Shown here one piece after another: positions 41,993-50,767 of a stretch of 64,000 nt of DNA. The stretch is taken from positions 17,097 through 81,096 of the forward strand of contig JBGQCF010000002.1 in assembly GCA_041495205.1 (NCBI GenBank), given 5' to 3'. Position 1 is the first letter of the stretch; each line of letters begins with the position of its first letter. The notes under the pieces are model-generated. The model was given only the letters and a program-made list of their open reading frames with translations, made no database searches and was not told the DNA's origin. The position numbers and the translations under genes were made by a program. Source of the DNA: Gammaproteobacteria bacterium. Lineage in GTDB: Bacteria; Pseudomonadota; Gammaproteobacteria; Burkholderiales; JAHFRG01.

Positions 41993-42160
41993 ATGATCAG
42001 GAACCGGAAACAGAGACGCGCCGTGGCTGCAGTGTTATTGGTTTTGGGCGCGGTGCTGATGTGGCTCGCGCCCGAAGTGTGGTGGGGGGTATTGCTGCTG
42101 GCTGTCGGAATCGCGCTTGAGCTGTTTGGCATTATGTTTGAGCATGCCGGCAAGCCGTAA
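41993..42160 (+). CDS. possible 55-aa two-TM membrane peptide (below the ORF-track cutoff)
   Basis: ATG 41993 to TAA 42160: MIRNRKQRRAVAAVLLVLGAVLMWLAPEVWWGVLLLAVGIALELFGIMFEHAGKP. Same strand as its neighbours. Confidence 0.35.
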   Translation: MIRNRKQRRAVAAVLLVLGAVLMWLAPEVWWGVLLLAVGIALELFGIMFEHAGKP

Positions 42161-42235
42161 ATCGGTCTGGCAAAAGGAGTGCGTGCTCAAAAGGTGAGAC
42201 GCCGAGTAGACGCGCGCCAAATCGATACAAAGCTC

Positions 42236-42733
42236 ATGTACAAGCATATTTTGTTACCAACAGACGGCTCGGCACTGTCCGAGCGAGCCGTGGGGAGCGG
42301 GATTCAATTCGCGAAGGCAATGGGCGCCCGTGTAACTGGCTTGCATGTAACGCCGAGGGTTTCGACTATGCCGCTCGAGGAGTGGGCGCACGGCGCCTCG
42401 AAACCGCGCTCGCGGCTGCAAACGATGTTCAACCAGCGCGCCAAGCAATATGTTGCCGTGATTCAAGAGAAGGCGAGATCAGCTGGTGTTCGATGCCAAG
42501 GTCTTTGCGTGGTGGGAGATTCTCCCTATGAGGAAATCATCAAAACCGCGAGGAATAAAGGCTGCGACCTCATTTACATGGCGTCGCACGGCAAGAAAGG
42601 CGTATCAGCCGTGGTGCTCGGTAGCGAAACCCTCAAGGTGATCACTTACAGCCCCGTCCCGGTATTGGTTCATCGCGAGGCGAGCCTCGCTGCGGCTGCC
42701 TTGCGAAACGTGCGCTCTTCTGCATATGGCTAG
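42236..42733 (+). CDS. universal stress protein
   Basis: 165 aa from MYKHILLPTDGS; DLIYMASHGKKG...GSET motifs. Confidence 0.88.
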   Translation: MYKHILLPTDGSALSERAVGSGIQFAKAMGARVTGLHVTPRVSTMPLEEWAHGASKPRSRLQTMFNQRAKQYVAVIQEKARSAGVRCQGLCVVGDSPYEEIIKTARNKGCDLIYMASHGKKGVSAVVLGSETLKVITYSPVPVLVHREASLAAAALRNVRSSAYG

Positions 42734-42769
42734 TTGTCTTGGAGTATTTACACGATACCGGGGTCGGGC

Positions 42770-43756
42770 ATGAGCCTCGATGATGCTTGTCTGTTTGCAT
42801 TGAACTCGAGCCGCGATTTTGGCGCGTCGGTCAGCCGGCACCTCGGCACCTCCCTCGCTGAGCACGAGGAAAGGGGATTTGTCGACGGCGAGCATAAGTC
42901 ACGGCCGCTGGTAAATGTTCGGGGCAAGAATGTCTTCGTCATTCATTCGTTGTATGGCGACCGCCAGCAAAGCGTCAATGACAAGTTTTGTCGGTTATTA
43001 TTCTTTCTCGGCGCCCTCAAAGACGCGTCCGCGTCGCGTGTGACCGCTGTCGTGCCGTACCTTTGCTACGCTCGTAAAGACAGGAAGTCTCAGCCCCGCG
43101 ATCCGGTGACGACGCGCTATGTCGCGGGTATGTTTGAAGCAGTCGGCATCGACCGCATCCTGACCATGGATGTTCACAACCTCGCTGCCTACCAGAACGC
43201 ATTCCGCTGCCGCACCGATCATCTAGAGGCCGCACAATTGTTTATCGAGCACTTTGCGACATTGTTGGCTTCGGATGATGTCGTGGTGCTTTCGCCGGAC
43301 GTGGGAGGCGTGAAACGGGCCGAGAGGTTCCGGTTGGCGTTAATGCGCCGGCTCGCACGCAACGTCGCTGGCGGCTTCATGGAGAAATATCGCGCGCTGG
43401 GTGCGGTGAGCGGTGAAACCCTGGTGGCGAACGTGAAAAACAGCTCGGTGATAATCATTGACGACCTGATCAGCAGCGGCACAACTATCGCCCGGGCGGC
43501 GGTCGCGTGCCGCGCAGCCGGCGCAAAACGAGTTTACGCGGCGGCGACGCATGGACTATTTGCCGGTGATGCCAACAAAATCCTGCGCGAAGCCCCGATA
43601 GACAAAATCGTGGTCACGGACACCGTGCCGCCGCTGCAGTTGGATCTTCCACTGGTCCAGGAAAAACTGACCATCCTCGATTCGACTAGGCTCTTTGCAG
43701 CTGCAATCGAACGAATCCACACCGGCGGATCGCTTGTGGAGCTGCTCAAATCCTGA
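42770..43756 (+). CDS. ribose-phosphate pyrophosphokinase-like protein (Prs paralogue)
   Basis: 328 aa; [11 protein letters not shown] and [16 protein letters not shown]-binding loop. Confidence 0.75.
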   Translation: MSLDDACLFALNSSRDFGASVSRHLGTSLAEHEERGFVDGEHKSRPLVNVRGKNVFVIHSLYGDRQQSVNDKFCRLLFFLGALKDASASRVTAVVPYLCYARKDRKSQPRDPVTTRYVAGMFEAVGIDRILTMDVHNLAAYQNAFRCRTDHLEAAQLFIEHFATLLASDDVVVLSPDVGGVKRAERFRLALMRRLARNVAGGFMEKYRALGAVSGETLVANVKNSSVIIIDDLISSGTTIARAAVACRAAGAKRVYAAATHGLFAGDANKILREAPIDKIVVTDTVPPLQLDLPLVQEKLTILDSTRLFAAAIERIHTGGSLVELLKS

Positions 43757-43779
43757 ACGGCCGCTTGGCGCAACGCAGA

Positions 43780-44838
43780 CTACGGCGCGATACACGCTCG
43801 CTGAAAGCCAGCGGCATAATTTCCGGCACGCACCAGATATTCCGTCGCCAGCCGTGACCATTTCCCGGGGTCAAGGCATATCGGATCGGTCAGATGCCAC
43901 ACGCACAGTTTGGCACGCACGCAGGCCCAATAGCTCTTGTAAAAGCTTAACAGTCTTTCCGACGGATGATCATGCGCGGCCTCACTGTACACATCTAAAA
44001 CGATTTGTCCGACTTGCGGTGCGCCAAACCGCTCGCACTCCTGCGCGAGGAAAGCGAGGTCGGCCGCCGCATCCAGGGTTCGGAGCTCGCGGTTGAATTC
44101 GAGACAATCGATGATGACGGGCTCCGGCTCCAGCAGGAATATATGTTCCGGCCTGAGATCGCCGTGGCCCTCGATGATTCTTCCCTCGCGAACTCTCTGG
44201 TCAAACATGCCCGGCGCCTCCTTCAGCAAATTCAATTGGGCGGTGCACGGCGCTTCCACCAAATCCTTGCGCAAGCCAAACACCGGCCGGGTGAGCTCAC
44301 CGAGATTGGCGCGGACTTCGCGTTCGAATCCAGACCAGTAATCAATCGGGGCGATTTCTACGGGCGCCGCCGATTGGTAGAATTTCGCAAGTTTTGCTGC
44401 AACTGCACGTATTTGCTTATCCTGTATCCGCTCGCTTTGAATAACAACGTCGAGCATGCGGTCCGAGGGCAAACGGCGCATTTTCACCAGCCAGTCTACA
44501 ATTGGTCCCGTGCCGTTCAATTCAAGCTTACCCGCGCGGTCTATGGTGAGAGGGATCGTCCCGAGATAAACATCACCGGCGAGGCGCCGATTAAGCCGTA
44601 TTTCCTCCTCACAATAATATTTCCTGGCCGCAACCGTGCTCGAGTCCATGAATGCGGAGCGCACCGGCTTCTTCAACTTATAGGCGTAATCACCGGTCAA
44701 GAAAACCCATGATCTATGGGTTTCCACCGCCTTTACTTCTGTTATCGCCTCCTCATAGGCGTCCGGCTGCTTCAAAAAAGCGACCTTTGCGGAAAGCGCA
44801 ACCTCGGCACCAGGGTTTACTATGGAAAGTTCACGCAT
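43780..44838 (-). CDS. aminoglycoside-phosphotransferase-fold protein (resembles the N-terminal part of Rv2004c-type proteins)
   Basis: 352 aa from MRELSIV; HGDLRPEHIF...IIDCLEF kinase-like catalytic region. Starting at 44838 avoids overlap with the ATPase gene. Confidence 0.6.
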   Translation of the reverse strand: MRELSIVNPGAEVALSAKVAFLKQPDAYEEAITEVKAVETHRSWVFLTGDYAYKLKKPVRSAFMDSSTVAARKYYCEEEIRLNRRLAGDVYLGTIPLTIDRAGKLELNGTGPIVDWLVKMRRLPSDRMLDVVIQSERIQDKQIRAVAAKLAKFYQSAAPVEIAPIDYWSGFEREVRANLGELTRPVFGLRKDLVEAPCTAQLNLLKEAPGMFDQRVREGRIIEGHGDLRPEHIFLLEPEPVIIDCLEFNRELRTLDAAADLAFLAQECERFGAPQVGQIVLDVYSEAAHDHPSERLLSFYKSYWACVRAKLCVWHLTDPICLDPGKWSRLATEYLVRAGNYAAGFQRACIAP

Positions 44839-44857
44839 GTACGCATCTTTCCTAAAA

Positions 44858-47416
44858 TTAATCTTTGCGGAATCTGCTTGCGGCTGGAAGGCGCTTGAAA
44901 AGTTCAAACCACAAGATTGCCGTAAAAGCTGCCGCAAAACTTATCATCAACTCGACTGGATGTAGCGGGGAGAAACGAAACACCTCCCGCAGAGATGGCA
45001 CGTAAATCACCAGCGTAAGGCCGATAAGGGTCCAGCCCACGATCCACCACAGGGCCGCGTTGGGCGTGCGCAGCATGGTTAACAGAGTGCGCGAGTGGGA
45101 ACGGTTGGCGAGGATGAGGCCCAGGTTGCCCAAAACGATGGTCGTGAATGCGAACGCGCGCGCCTCGGTTTCTGCGGCACCCGAACCCAGCGAGTAGCCA
45201 TACACCGCCCATACGACGATCAGCAGGCTGACCCCTTGCAGCAGACTCAGCGCTAAGGCCAGACGGCTGAACAACGGCGCACGCGGGTCGCGAGGTGAGC
45301 GCTGCATCAGATCGCTCTCGCCGGGCTCCGCCTCGAACGCGATCGAGCATGCCGGGTCGATGACGAACTCGAGGAATACGATATGCACCGGGAACAACAT
45401 CAGTGGCCAGCCCAGCACCAGCGGGATAAGCGACATGCCGGCGGTGGGCACGTGCACAGCTAAAATGTAAGTCATGGCGTGGCGGATGTTATCGTAGATG
45501 CGCCGCCCCATTTTCATGGTGTTGACGATGGAGGCGAAATCGTCGTCAAGCAGCACCAGCGAGGCCGCCTCCCGTGCAACGTCAGTGCCGCGTCCGCCCA
45601 TCGCCACGCCGATGTGGGCGGCTTTAAGCGCCGGCGCGTCGTTCACCCCGTCGCCGGTCATTGCCACGATCTCGCCGTTGGCCTTGAACGCGTTGACGAT
45701 GCGTAATTTCTGTTCCGGCACGACCCGCGCGAAGATGTTGATTGTGCGGATGCGCTGCTGCAAATCCGTGTCGCTCATGGCGTCGAGCTGCGGACCGGTG
45801 ATTACCTGATCGTGCAGCGTAAGGCCGATTTGCCGGGCGATAGCCTGCGCCGTGCCCGGATAGTCGCCGGTGATCATCACCACGCGGATGCCTGCGCTGT
45901 AGCAATCGGCCAGCGCAGCCGCAACGGTGGGACGCACTGGATCGGCAAGTCCGATCAGGCCGACCAGTTCAAAGTCGAAGTCGTGCTGCCCATTAGGCCA
46001 GTGCGGACCGTCGAAGCCTGCCCGCGCCACGCCCAGGACGCGCAGGCCTTCGGCCGCCATCCGGCTGACTTTCTCGCCGAGTTGATGACGGATGTTGTCG
46101 GGCAGGTGACATAGGTCGGCAATGGCCTCGGGTGCGCCCTTGGTGGCGATGATGTGGCCGTGCCCGCCGGGGGTTTTCCATGCGTGCGAGTGGGCGAGCA
46201 GCTCCCGGGTCAGCGCGTACTCGTGCTTCAGCGCCCAGTCATAATGCAAGTGCTCGGTCTGCGCCAGGAAGCGCTGGCCGAGTTCCATGAGCGCCTTTTC
46301 CATCGGGTCGAACGGGTCGACCTCGCTTGCCAGGATTCCATATTCCACCAGCTCGTGGAATTGCTCCGGCAGCTCTTCGGCGCGGTCCGGGTGAATGTCG
46401 AGGAATTCGCCGCCGGCGTAGAGCTTGCGCACCGCCATGCGGTTCAATGTGAGGGTGCCGGTTTTGTCCACGCATAGAACGGTGGTCGATCCCAGCGTCT
46501 CGATCGCCGGAACATGGCGCGTCAATACTCGTTGGTGCGAAATGCGCCAAGCGCCCAACGCCAGGAACACGGTGACGACTACCGGAAATTCCTGCGGCAG
46601 CAGCGCCATTGCCAAGGTGATGCCGGCCAGCGTCCCGGCCAGCCAGTCACCGCGGGTGAGGCCGTACAGTACCACCACCAGCACGCACAGCGACAGCCCG
46701 ATAAATGCCAGCTTGCGGACGAAACCCGCGGTTTGACGCTGCAGCGGAGTCGATTCCGCGGTTATCGTTTGCAGCACTGTGCCGATCTTGCCGATTTCCG
46801 TAGCCGTGCCGGTGGACAACACTTCAGCCACACCTTTGCCCTGCACCAGCAGGGTGCCGGAGAAGATGAACGGCAGGCCGTCACCGCCGGGCTGCTGCAG
46901 TTGCTGCGTGCCATCCCAGGAGATCTTGGTCACCGGCACCGACTCACCTGTGAGCAGCGACTCGTCTATGCAAAGGTCGTTGCACGACAGCAGCACCGCG
47001 TCGGCCGGCACGCGGTCGCCCTCATTCAGAATCAGGAGGTCGCCGCGCACCACTTCGCGGCCGGAGATGCGCAGTTGCACCCCGTCGCGGATTACCAGCG
47101 CGCGCGGGCTCGACAGGTCGCGCAGTGCTTCCAGCGCCCGCTCAGTCTTGCGTTCCTGGAAGATGGTGATACCCATGATCATGACTACGAAGGAGAGCAG
47201 GATCAGCGCCTCGTGTACATTGCCAAGAATGAGGTAGATTGCGCCGGCGGCGCCGAGCAGCAGGAACATGGGCTCCTTCACCACCTGCACAGCGATGGCA
47301 AACAGCCCGGAAGCCTTGCCGGAGGGGAGCTCGTTCGGCCCGTCGGTCTGCAATCTGAGTGCAGCTTCCGTGCGAGTGAGGCCGGCGGGCATCGCGAGTT
47401 CCTGTTTGGGTTCCAT
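44858..47416 (-). CDS. cation-transporting P-type ATPase (P2/Ca2+-like)
   Basis: Start at MEPKQELAMPAGL; DKTGTLT and TGDGVNDAPAL motifs. The longer ORF to 47629 is read-through of repeat copy B. Confidence 0.88.
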   Translation of the reverse strand: MEPKQELAMPAGLTRTEAALRLQTDGPNELPSGKASGLFAIAVQVVKEPMFLLLGAAGAIYLILGNVHEALILLSFVVMIMGITIFQERKTERALEALRDLSSPRALVIRDGVQLRISGREVVRGDLLILNEGDRVPADAVLLSCNDLCIDESLLTGESVPVTKISWDGTQQLQQPGGDGLPFIFSGTLLVQGKGVAEVLSTGTATEIGKIGTVLQTITAESTPLQRQTAGFVRKLAFIGLSLCVLVVVLYGLTRGDWLAGTLAGITLAMALLPQEFPVVVTVFLALGAWRISHQRVLTRHVPAIETLGSTTVLCVDKTGTLTLNRMAVRKLYAGGEFLDIHPDRAEELPEQFHELVEYGILASEVDPFDPMEKALMELGQRFLAQTEHLHYDWALKHEYALTRELLAHSHAWKTPGGHGHIIATKGAPEAIADLCHLPDNIRHQLGEKVSRMAAEGLRVLGVARAGFDGPHWPNGQHDFDFELVGLIGLADPVRPTVAAALADCYSAGIRVVMITGDYPGTAQAIARQIGLTLHDQVITGPQLDAMSDTDLQQRIRTINIFARVVPEQKLRIVNAFKANGEIVAMTGDGVNDAPALKAAHIGVAMGGRGTDVAREAASLVLLDDDFASIVNTMKMGRRIYDNIRHAMTYILAVHVPTAGMSLIPLVLGWPLMLFPVHIVFLEFVIDPACSIAFEAEPGESDLMQRSPRDPRAPLFSRLALALSLLQGVSLLIVVWAVYGYSLGSGAAETEARAFAFTTIVLGNLGLILANRSHSRTLLTMLRTPNAALWWIVGWTLIGLTLVIYVPSLREVFRFSPLHPVELMISFAAAFTAILWFELFKRLPAASRFRKD

Positions 47417-47436
47417 TTTTTTCAAGCGGGGGCTGA

Positions 47437-47710
47437 GGAACCTCTGATTAAGTCCCGCGTGGCCGCGACGGCGGCTTTCCGGGATGGGATGCGCGAAGCG
47501 AGGCGCAGCCAATGGCCAATCCCCTTGGCAAGCCGAGCGACAAAGCAGACCGCCCGGGAAGCCCCGTCCCTCCGGGTTGCGGCAAAATGCGGCGTCTGCG
47601 TCGTTGCGCTCCTCGGCTTCGTAGTGCAAGCTACGACCTTCGTCGCGCGCCTTGCATCCATCCGCATTTTGCCAGCAACGCGGTTCACGAAGGACTTAAT
47701 CAGAGGTTCC
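47437..47710 (-). mobile_element. 275-bp TIR-bounded structured repeat, copy B (inverted relative to copy A)
   Basis: GGAACCTCTGATTAAGTCC...GGACTTAATCAGAGGTTCC. It lies between the adh 3' end and the ATPase start codon. Confidence 0.8.
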
Positions 47711-48718
47711 ATTAGCCGCACGTCCTCCCTGCATGTCTGTGACTAACACCGCGGCGCCGCTTATTTTCCCCTCGCGCAGTTTTGCCAAGGCCTCGTTGGC
47801 GCGCTCGAGCGGAAAGCGCTCCACTTCAGTTCGCACCGGCACCTGCGGACAAAGACTGAGAAACTCTTCGCCATCGCGGCGTGTGAGGTTGGCCACTGAA
47901 CGAATCACCCGCTCACCCCAGAGATCGCGGTAAGGAAAGGATGGGATAGCGCTCATATGGATGCCGGCACAGACCACTACACCGCCTTTTGCCACGGCTT
48001 TCAGCGCTGCAGGAACCAGGCTTCCCACCGGCGCGAACAGGATAGCGGCATCCAGTTCTTCCGGTGCGGGCTCATCCGAGCTTCCAGCCCATACGGCGCC
48101 GAGCCGCCGCGCCAACGCTTGCGCAACGCGATCATCCGGCCGGGTAAAGGCAAAGACTTCCCGCCCTTGATGCCGCGCCACTTGTGCGACGATATGCGCC
48201 GCAGCGCCAAAACCGTAAATGCCAAGCCGTTTTGCGTCGCCTGCCGCGACGAGGGAACGATAGCCGATCAAGCCTGCGCAAAGCAGGGGAGCCGCTTCCG
48301 CGTCACCATATTCCTTCGGAATGGGAAAACAGTAGCGCTGGTCCGCAATTGTGTACTCGGCGTAACCGCCATCAATGTGATAGCCGGTGAAGCGCGCCTT
48401 GTCGCATAAGTTTTCCCGCCCGGCGCGGCAGTATCGGCAAGTGCGGCAGGTGTAGCCCAGCCAGGGCACGCCCACCCGATCGCCCAATGCAAAGCGCTCC
48501 GCGCCTTCGCCTTTTGCCGCAACCGTTCCGACAATTTCATGGCCGGGTATGATGGGACGTTTGCCGTCGATAAGATCGCCATCCACCACGTGCAGATCGG
48601 TTCGACAGACACCGCAGGCGCGGACTTGTATCAGGACTTGACCTGATTCGGGCGCCGGAACCGGCAATTCCGACAGATGCAGCATCTCGTGGGGTGCATT
48701 GAGAACCATCGCACGCAT
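47696..48718 (-). CDS. zinc-dependent alcohol dehydrogenase
   Basis: 340 aa; GHEIVG and GVCRTDLH motifs plus structural-zinc cysteines. The last 5 codons and the stop lie inside repeat copy B. Confidence 0.88.
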   Translation of the reverse strand: MRAMVLNAPHEMLHLSELPVPAPESGQVLIQVRACGVCRTDLHVVDGDLIDGKRPIIPGHEIVGTVAAKGEGAERFALGDRVGVPWLGYTCRTCRYCRAGRENLCDKARFTGYHIDGGYAEYTIADQRYCFPIPKEYGDAEAAPLLCAGLIGYRSLVAAGDAKRLGIYGFGAAAHIVAQVARHQGREVFAFTRPDDRVAQALARRLGAVWAGSSDEPAPEELDAAILFAPVGSLVPAALKAVAKGGVVVCAGIHMSAIPSFPYRDLWGERVIRSVANLTRRDGEEFLSLCPQVPVRTEVERFPLERANEALAKLREGKISGAAVLVTDMQGGRAANGTSD

Positions 48719-48785
48719 AGTGTTTCCTCTACGAAACCTCTAATCAGCCAGAAATTTAAAGATATCCATACTGCCGCAAGCTTAC

Positions 48786-48799
48786 TTGACCCAGATCAA
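48786..48799. promoter_or_regulatory. FNR/Anr box TTGACCCAGATCAA
   Basis: Perfect half-sites, centred 74 bp upstream of the adh ATG; TATCTT-like -10 about 30 bp downstream on the minus strand. Confidence 0.65.
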
Positions 48800-48826
48800 A
48801 GGCAATGTGAATGCCTCGATTCATAA

Positions 48827-48905
48827 TAAATCAAATATGACGATGATTTGAAAGCAGCGCCAGTCTTTATTATGAAGCTACACGCTAACGAAACGCGTTT
48901 GTCGG
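48827..48905 (+). pseudogene. ~80-bp nrdJ-like fragment, homologous to 53090-53203
   Basis: About 78% identity by eye to the 53.1-kb segment, apart from a 36-bp gap. The 53.1-kb copy is continuous with nrdJ-like reading frames. Confidence 0.5.
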
Positions 48906-49538
48906 ATGTCTTGCTTCGTTTTTGCCGTCCGCGAAGGCCGGATTAGGTTCCAGCGGTTCCTGACCTACACGTTCAATATGCTCGTCAAGAAGATTGAGAT
49001 TGTCGCTTTCCTTGCGGTCGGGCTCGCGCTGACCAGCCACGCGGTCATGATACCAGCGCTCATGGTTTTTTTGTTCATGACGAATGATTTTCTCAGCATG
49101 TCGCTCACCACCGACCGCGCGAGCCCCGCGCCTTCGCCCAGCGTCTGGCGCATGCGTAACATTACTGCGGCTGCGGTCGCCCTCGGGGCGTGCAAGCTTG
49201 GCTTCTCCACCTCGCTGCTGGCGTTCGGAAAGTTTCAGCTCGGGCTCGACCCAAGAGAAGTGCAGACGCTGGCGTTTGTCACACTCGCGTTCGGCAATCA
49301 ATCAGTTTTGTACGTGCTGCGTGAACGGCGCCATATGTGGAGCTCCAAGCCGAGTTCTTGGGTTCTGACGTCATCGTTGGCTGACGTTGCGATTGTCTTA
49401 ACGCTCGCATTGTCCGGCATCTTGATGGGGCCGCTCCCCTGGAGCATCATCGTGGGGATTTTTGCTGCCGCGACGGGATTCTCTCTGGTCCTTGATCAGA
49501 TCAAGTTGCCGGTTACGTCCGCGTTCAGGGTCGAGTAG
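48906..49538 (+). pseudogene. C-terminal fragment of a P3-type (H+/Mg2+-like) P-type ATPase
   Basis: Only the last ~200 aa (TM7-10 region; FQRFLTYTFNM..., SPAPSPSVWRM...) are present. No actuator, phosphorylation or nucleotide-binding domains lie upstream. Confidence 0.7.
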
Positions 49539-49615
49539 CGCATCGAGTCAGTTTGCCGAATCCTGCCCGTGTTCGTTCGGGATATAAGGGACAAGAGTTG
49601 AAAGGGTAAAATCAA

Positions 49616-50767
49616 ATGAGCTGGAAGTGGCCGAGCAAGAGCTGGATCGTGGCGGGCGTGATTATCGCCCTTTTGATGTTTGCTGCGGCATACCGCATTT
49701 TCTTCCACGCCACGCCGGTCGACACCGCCGCGGTACGCGACGGTACGCTGAACGACGAGCTTCATGGGCCGGGCACGGTGCAGGCTCGAATACCCGTGAC
49801 CGTCGGCACACGCATCACCGGGGTGATTGCCACGCTGCACGCGGATCAGGGGGACGCAGTGCAAAATGCGCAGTTGCTCGCGACGTTGGATGACCGCGAC
49901 TTGGTGGCGAAGGCGGCCGCCGCTCAGGATGTCTTAAGGACAGCGCACCACAACGTGACGGTGGCCGAGGCCTCGCTGGAGAAGGCGCGGTCGGACCTCG
50001 TGCTTGCCCGCAACAACTATCAGCGGGAGTCCGGGCTTATGGCGCAGGGCTTTATTTCCGAGGCGGCCATGGATTCCACCCGTGCCGCATTGCGGTCGGC
50101 GGAAAGCGGCGAGCAAAGCGCAGTGGCATCGCTGGCCGCGCGCAAATCCGACGTATTGAACGCCGAGCATGAGCTTCACTATGCGGATGCGCAGCGCTCC
50201 TACGCCAAAATCGTTGCGCCGATGGATGGAATCATCATCGGGCGCGACGCGGAAGTCGGCGACACAGTCGTGCCAGGCAGCGCCATATTCCGGATGGTGG
50301 ACCCGCGGACGCTGTGGGTCGCCACCCGAATCGACGAGTCCGTGGTCGGACGCGCTGCAGTCGGCCAGTCGGCACGCATCCGGCTGCGCACCGGCGGGGA
50401 GATGGGCGGCAAGGTGGTTCGCATCGTGCGCCAGTCGGATGCGGCCACCCGCGAGTTGGAAGTCGACGTGGCGTTCGATTCCCCGCCGCGCGATTTCGCC
50501 ATTGATCAGGAGGCGGAGGTGACCATTATGACCGCTCGGGTCAGCGGGCTGGTGGCGCCCGCATCAGCCCTCGTGCAGCACGGTGGCGTGACCGGAGTGC
50601 TGGTTGTGCGTGAAGGCCACGCGCGTTTCCAGCCGGTCAAGATCGGCGTTTCCCAAGGTTCCATGGTAATCGTGACCGAAGGCCTGCTGAAGGGTGAGTT
50701 GATCATCACGAAACCCCAGAACATACGGCCGGACGAGCACGTGCGTCCGGTGACGCAGGAAAGCTGA
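49616..50767 (+). CDS. HlyD/MacA-type periplasmic adaptor
   Basis: 383 aa; N-terminal TM, coiled-coil hairpin and beta-barrel segments. Confidence 0.85.
   Translation: MSWKWPSKSWIVAGVIIALLMFAAAYRIFFHATPVDTAAVRDGTLNDELHGPGTVQARIPVTVGTRITGVIATLHADQGDAVQNAQLLATLDDRDLVAKAAAAQDVLRTAHHNVTVAEASLEKARSDLVLARNNYQRESGLMAQGFISEAAMDSTRAALRSAESGEQSAVASLAARKSDVLNAEHELHYADAQRSYAKIVAPMDGIIIGRDAEVGDTVVPGSAIFRMVDPRTLWVATRIDESVVGRAAVGQSARIRLRTGGEMGGKVVRIVRQSDAATRELEVDVAFDSPPRDFAIDQEAEVTIMTARVSGLVAPASALVQHGGVTGVLVVREGHARFQPVKIGVSQGSMVIVTEGLLKGELIITKPQNIRPDEHVRPVTQES

Noticed and set aside
48731-48748. CGAAACCTCTAATCAGCC just upstream of the adh start as another terminus of the repeat element.
   Set aside because: Only about 12 of 15 positions match, with no partner repeat. 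This is too weak.
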